Below the pieces are notes generated by a model, which ran no database searches, was not told where the DNA came from, and saw only the letters and a list, made by a program, of their open reading frames with translations. Below, in pieces: positions 61,219-64,000 of a stretch of 64,000 nucleotides of DNA. The stretch's first letter is position 1. Each line of letters opens with the position of its first letter. Source of the stretch: Candidatus Anstonellales archaeon (lineage in GTDB: Archaea > Micrarchaeota > Micrarchaeia > Anstonellales > J096). The translations under genes and the position numbers were made by a program. The DNA is taken from assembly GCA_038896535.1 (NCBI GenBank), contig JAWACY010000002.1, positions 32,001 through 96,000 on the forward strand, given 5' to 3'.

Positions 61219-61857
61219 TTAAATGATTTTAATGCTTTTCAATGCTTTATGTTTTTGCAGCTCTATTAATAAGCGCTTTGCTGCTTTCCAATCTTCCACC
61301 CTTTTTATGTTATCATGCTCTAAGCCCTTATTATAAGGCTTGTCCATTAATAGAACAAATATTCCATTTTGTGCTGCTTTAAAAGCAAAGTCCTTATTAT
61401 CTTCTACAAGTATTTTTATGCCGATTTCTCTGCAAATAATTTCTTTTGAATTCCTTGTTTTATCGAGGAAAAAAACGTCTTTTATTTCTGGAAAGTGCGT
61501 TCTTATCCAGAAAATAGTATCAGAATAAAGGCTATTATGCCTGGATGTAAGAGCATATATTTCATAAATCTTGGATAATTCTTTAATTGCTTCTTTTGCA
61601 TATGGTAAACATGTTAGCTGCTTTAATTTGCCTGAAGCATAAAAATTATCAAGCAATCTTCTCTCTTCTTCCTTAGTTATGCCAAAGCATTTACTAAATT
61701 CCCAATGGCATATATGATATTCCTTATAACCAGTGCCTTTCAAGGCATTGAAAAAATCAAGAAATGCTTGCAAAAAATTTGCCAAAACTCCGTCAATATC
61801 AACAGCCAGCTTTTCCATATTTTTCATAGCCCCCCTTAAATGCCTGATTAATAGCAT
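61219..61857 (-). CDS. 5'(3')-deoxyribonucleotidase (NT5C) HAD family protein
   Basis: DIDGVL, LTSR, K..., VEDN, PYN. Confidence 0.85.
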   Translation of the reverse strand: MLLIRHLRGAMKNMEKLAVDIDGVLANFLQAFLDFFNALKGTGYKEYHICHWEFSKCFGITKEEERRLLDNFYASGKLKQLTCLPYAKEAIKELSKIYEIYALTSRHNSLYSDTIFWIRTHFPEIKDVFFLDKTRNSKEIICREIGIKILVEDNKDFAFKAAQNGIFVLLMDKPYNKGLEHDNIKRVEDWKAAKRLLIELQKHKALKSIKII

Positions 61858-61947
61858 AATTAATTAAAATGAAATTGAATGAAACAAATTGAATGAAATT
61901 GAATAAAAATAATAAAAAATAATTAAAAAATGAAAATCTGGTTAAGA

Positions 61948-62313
61948 TTATTCAACTTTTATTTTTGGCGGCACGATTGGTGGCCTATAGTTTAAAACCC
62001 TTGCTATAAGTGTGCCATGAGATGAGCCAAGATAGTTTATAATATTTATCAATCTTTCTGTCTGCTCTTTATCAAGCTTTTTATTCTTCTTCCATTGCTC
62101 AACAACATCTTTTGGTTCATCTCTGCCAAAAAGAACGCCTTTTAATGTTATGCTGCCAACGCCCTTATATTCAACTGTATATACATAATGGTATTCTATC
62201 ATGCCTTCATTCTCTTTTACATCACTTATACTTATATTTATGCCCATGCCTTCATGCTCTTTTCTGTCATTTATTTTGGCATTTATTTCATCAACTCTGT
62301 CTCCTAATATCAT
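61948..62313 (-). CDS. Conserved archaeal hypothetical protein (possibly SecB-like fold)
   Basis: Four beta strands plus helices ending RPPIVPP; GAGGT SD. Confidence 0.6.
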   Translation of the reverse strand: MILGDRVDEINAKINDRKEHEGMGINISISDVKENEGMIEYHYVYTVEYKGVGSITLKGVLFGRDEPKDVVEQWKKNKKLDKEQTERLINIINYLGSSHGTLIARVLNYRPPIVPPKIKVE

Positions 62314-62487
62314 ATTCCTACCTCTTAATGTATTATGCTCGTATTTATGAAAACATCAGAGCAAACATTTTAAAAATGTATTACTACCATAAATATATTA
62401 TTAATAACATTTTGATTTCATAATTATGATAAGCAAAGCAAGAAAGAAAAGGCAAGAAAAAAGAGTGAGATAAAGAAGAGTGAAATT

Positions 62488-63549
62488 ATGGTCCTAAGAA
62501 ATAATATTGCAAGCAAGAATACAAACAAGAATGCAAGCAAGAATAATATTAAAAGCAGGAATATTAATAAAAGCATAAGCATTCAGGGGCCTTTTGTTTA
62601 TATAAAGCAAAAAAGGCCATCAATAGTGGATATAGGACATAAATATCTGGAAGCACTTGAAAAAGAAGATATGCTTGGTAATTTGAGCAGGCCTTATGAG
62701 ATAAAGGTGCATATAATAACTTCTGTTAGGCTAATGAGGCATATAAAAGAATCTTGCATAAAAATGAGTAATGAGATAAATGAATTAATAGCATTACTTG
62801 AACAAATAAATAGCATATTAGTGAAAAAAGGAGCAACAAGCGCAAGTGTTATGCATAACCTCTATTTTATTGAGAAAAAAATAAAGTCAAAATATTCATA
62901 TGAATGGCAACAAGCAAAATCAAGATTAGAAGAAACATTAGAAAAACTTGAAACAAATATTGATAAAAGCAATGAAAGAAATAGGCCGAACGCAGCTGCC
63001 TTAGTTGTATCAATAATAAACAGGCTTAAAAAAAGGCACAGAAATCTGCAATCAATAATGTCTTATGCATGCAATAATGAGCAATTGCTTGAAAAGGAAA
63101 TGAGAAATTGGCTTGCATTGTGGCTTCAAAAAGCCATCGAAAAAACAGCAGAATTAAAAAAAGAGATTGAATCATTTAAGCAAGCATCATCTTTATTATG
63201 CCAAGAATATTGGGAGATTGATGCGATGATTGAAAATTCAAGAAGGGAGAGGAGAGAATTGTTAAAGCTGTTGGAGAAGAGGCGCAGTGCTGAAAAATTA
63301 AAAGACATCGGTAAAAAAATCGATAGCATGCTAATGCAAATAAAAAAGCAATTCTCTTATTTATATGATGAAGTAAGGTTTGAATTATTAGCAGGAAAAC
63401 CCTGGTTTATATCTTCTGAGCTTATTAAGAATGGAGAAACAAATATTGGTAATTTAATAGAAGAAGCAAATAGGCATATTTTAAAAGGAAATTTAGAAGA
63501 AGCAAGAAAAACATTTAAACAAGCGCTTGCATTAATTAAGCAAAATTAA
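62488..63549 (+). CDS. Hypothetical coiled-coil protein
   Basis: 353-aa helical ORF with low-complexity N-terminus. Confidence 0.65.
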   Translation: MVLRNNIASKNTNKNASKNNIKSRNINKSISIQGPFVYIKQKRPSIVDIGHKYLEALEKEDMLGNLSRPYEIKVHIITSVRLMRHIKESCIKMSNEINELIALLEQINSILVKKGATSASVMHNLYFIEKKIKSKYSYEWQQAKSRLEETLEKLETNIDKSNERNRPNAAALVVSIINRLKKRHRNLQSIMSYACNNEQLLEKEMRNWLALWLQKAIEKTAELKKEIESFKQASSLLCQEYWEIDAMIENSRRERRELLKLLEKRRSAEKLKDIGKKIDSMLMQIKKQFSYLYDEVRFELLAGKPWFISSELIKNGETNIGNLIEEANRHILKGNLEEARKTFKQALALIKQN

Positions 63550-63999
63550 TTAAGCAAAACCTTTACTTGCGCTTGCACTTATGTGCCTTTTTTGTATTAC
63601 TTTAAACGTCTCAAACGCATATCGCATTATTTCATCATCATTATAATTTAGCTTCAACCAGTTTAATAAACCATTTATCTGTTCAAGTGTTTCCATTCTA
63701 TCCAGTATCATCTCAATTACAGCATTATTCTTGTATTCTGGAAACTTAGAGAAAAATTCATCCAGCACTTTATGGCCTTGCTTTTTAAATGCTTTAGCAA
63801 GTGCTTTTCCAATAATGAATAGAGAGTGTAAATAAAGTTCCTTCTTCTCCTCAAATGCATTGAACAGCCAAATCTTAAATTTATCAGCTAAGTAATGGCA
63901 CATTCCAGCATCAAAATCTTTATCATCTTTAAAATCAATCACAAATGATATTACAAGCATCGTGCAAAGCTTTTTATCTAAAGGCATTTGAGTTTCCAT
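63550..63999 (-). CDS. Hypothetical protein (probably partial at window end)
   Basis: ORF reaches the window edge. Confidence 0.6.
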   Translation of the reverse strand: METQMPLDKKLCTMLVISFVIDFKDDKDFDAGMCHYLADKFKIWLFNAFEEKKELYLHSLFIIGKALAKAFKKQGHKVLDEFFSKFPEYKNNAVIEMILDRMETLEQINGLLNWLKLNYNDDEIMRYAFETFKVIQKRHISASASKGFA

Positions 64000-64000
64000 A

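Noticed and set aside
1..64000. tRNA/rRNA genes, transposases, integrases, reverse transcriptase
   Set aside because: No GC-rich structured RNA gene or such protein motifs recognised; short RNAs could be missed without a covariance search

Overview
AT-rich, gene-dense archaeal chromosome segment. Markers include rpl7ae-rps28e-rpl24e-ndk, rpl40e, proteasome beta, GINS, aCPSF1/FttA, Hef-like helicases, DTD2, Trm5 and archaeal PheRS alpha. Divergent proteins, VirB2-like pilins and a long secretion ATPase suggest a DPANN lineage, probably Micrarchaeota; this is an inference. The main accessory feature is a complete, compact type III-A CRISPR-Cas island (about 5.5-16 kb). It contains cas10-csm2-csm3-csm4-csm5, a 7-repeat/6-spacer array with 37-bp repeats, and cas1-cas2. 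A divergent operon holds a Csa3-like CARF-wHTH regulator, a Csx1/Csm6 CARF-HEPN nuclease and cas6, with a 44-bp palindrome between the divergent promoters. The island is flanked by a decayed secreted-protein pseudogene on one side and, on the other, a G-rich repeat tract followed by a two-gene module with a HicA-like motif. Elsewhere are four genes of a classical (non-archaeal-type) mevalonate pathway, several bacterial-type genes (MetRS1, DUF1846, class II GATase), tandem nuclease-less Hef helicases and two frameshifted genes. Short imperfect tandem duplications recur in intergenic DNA. All calls come from motif recognition by eye; no database searches were run.
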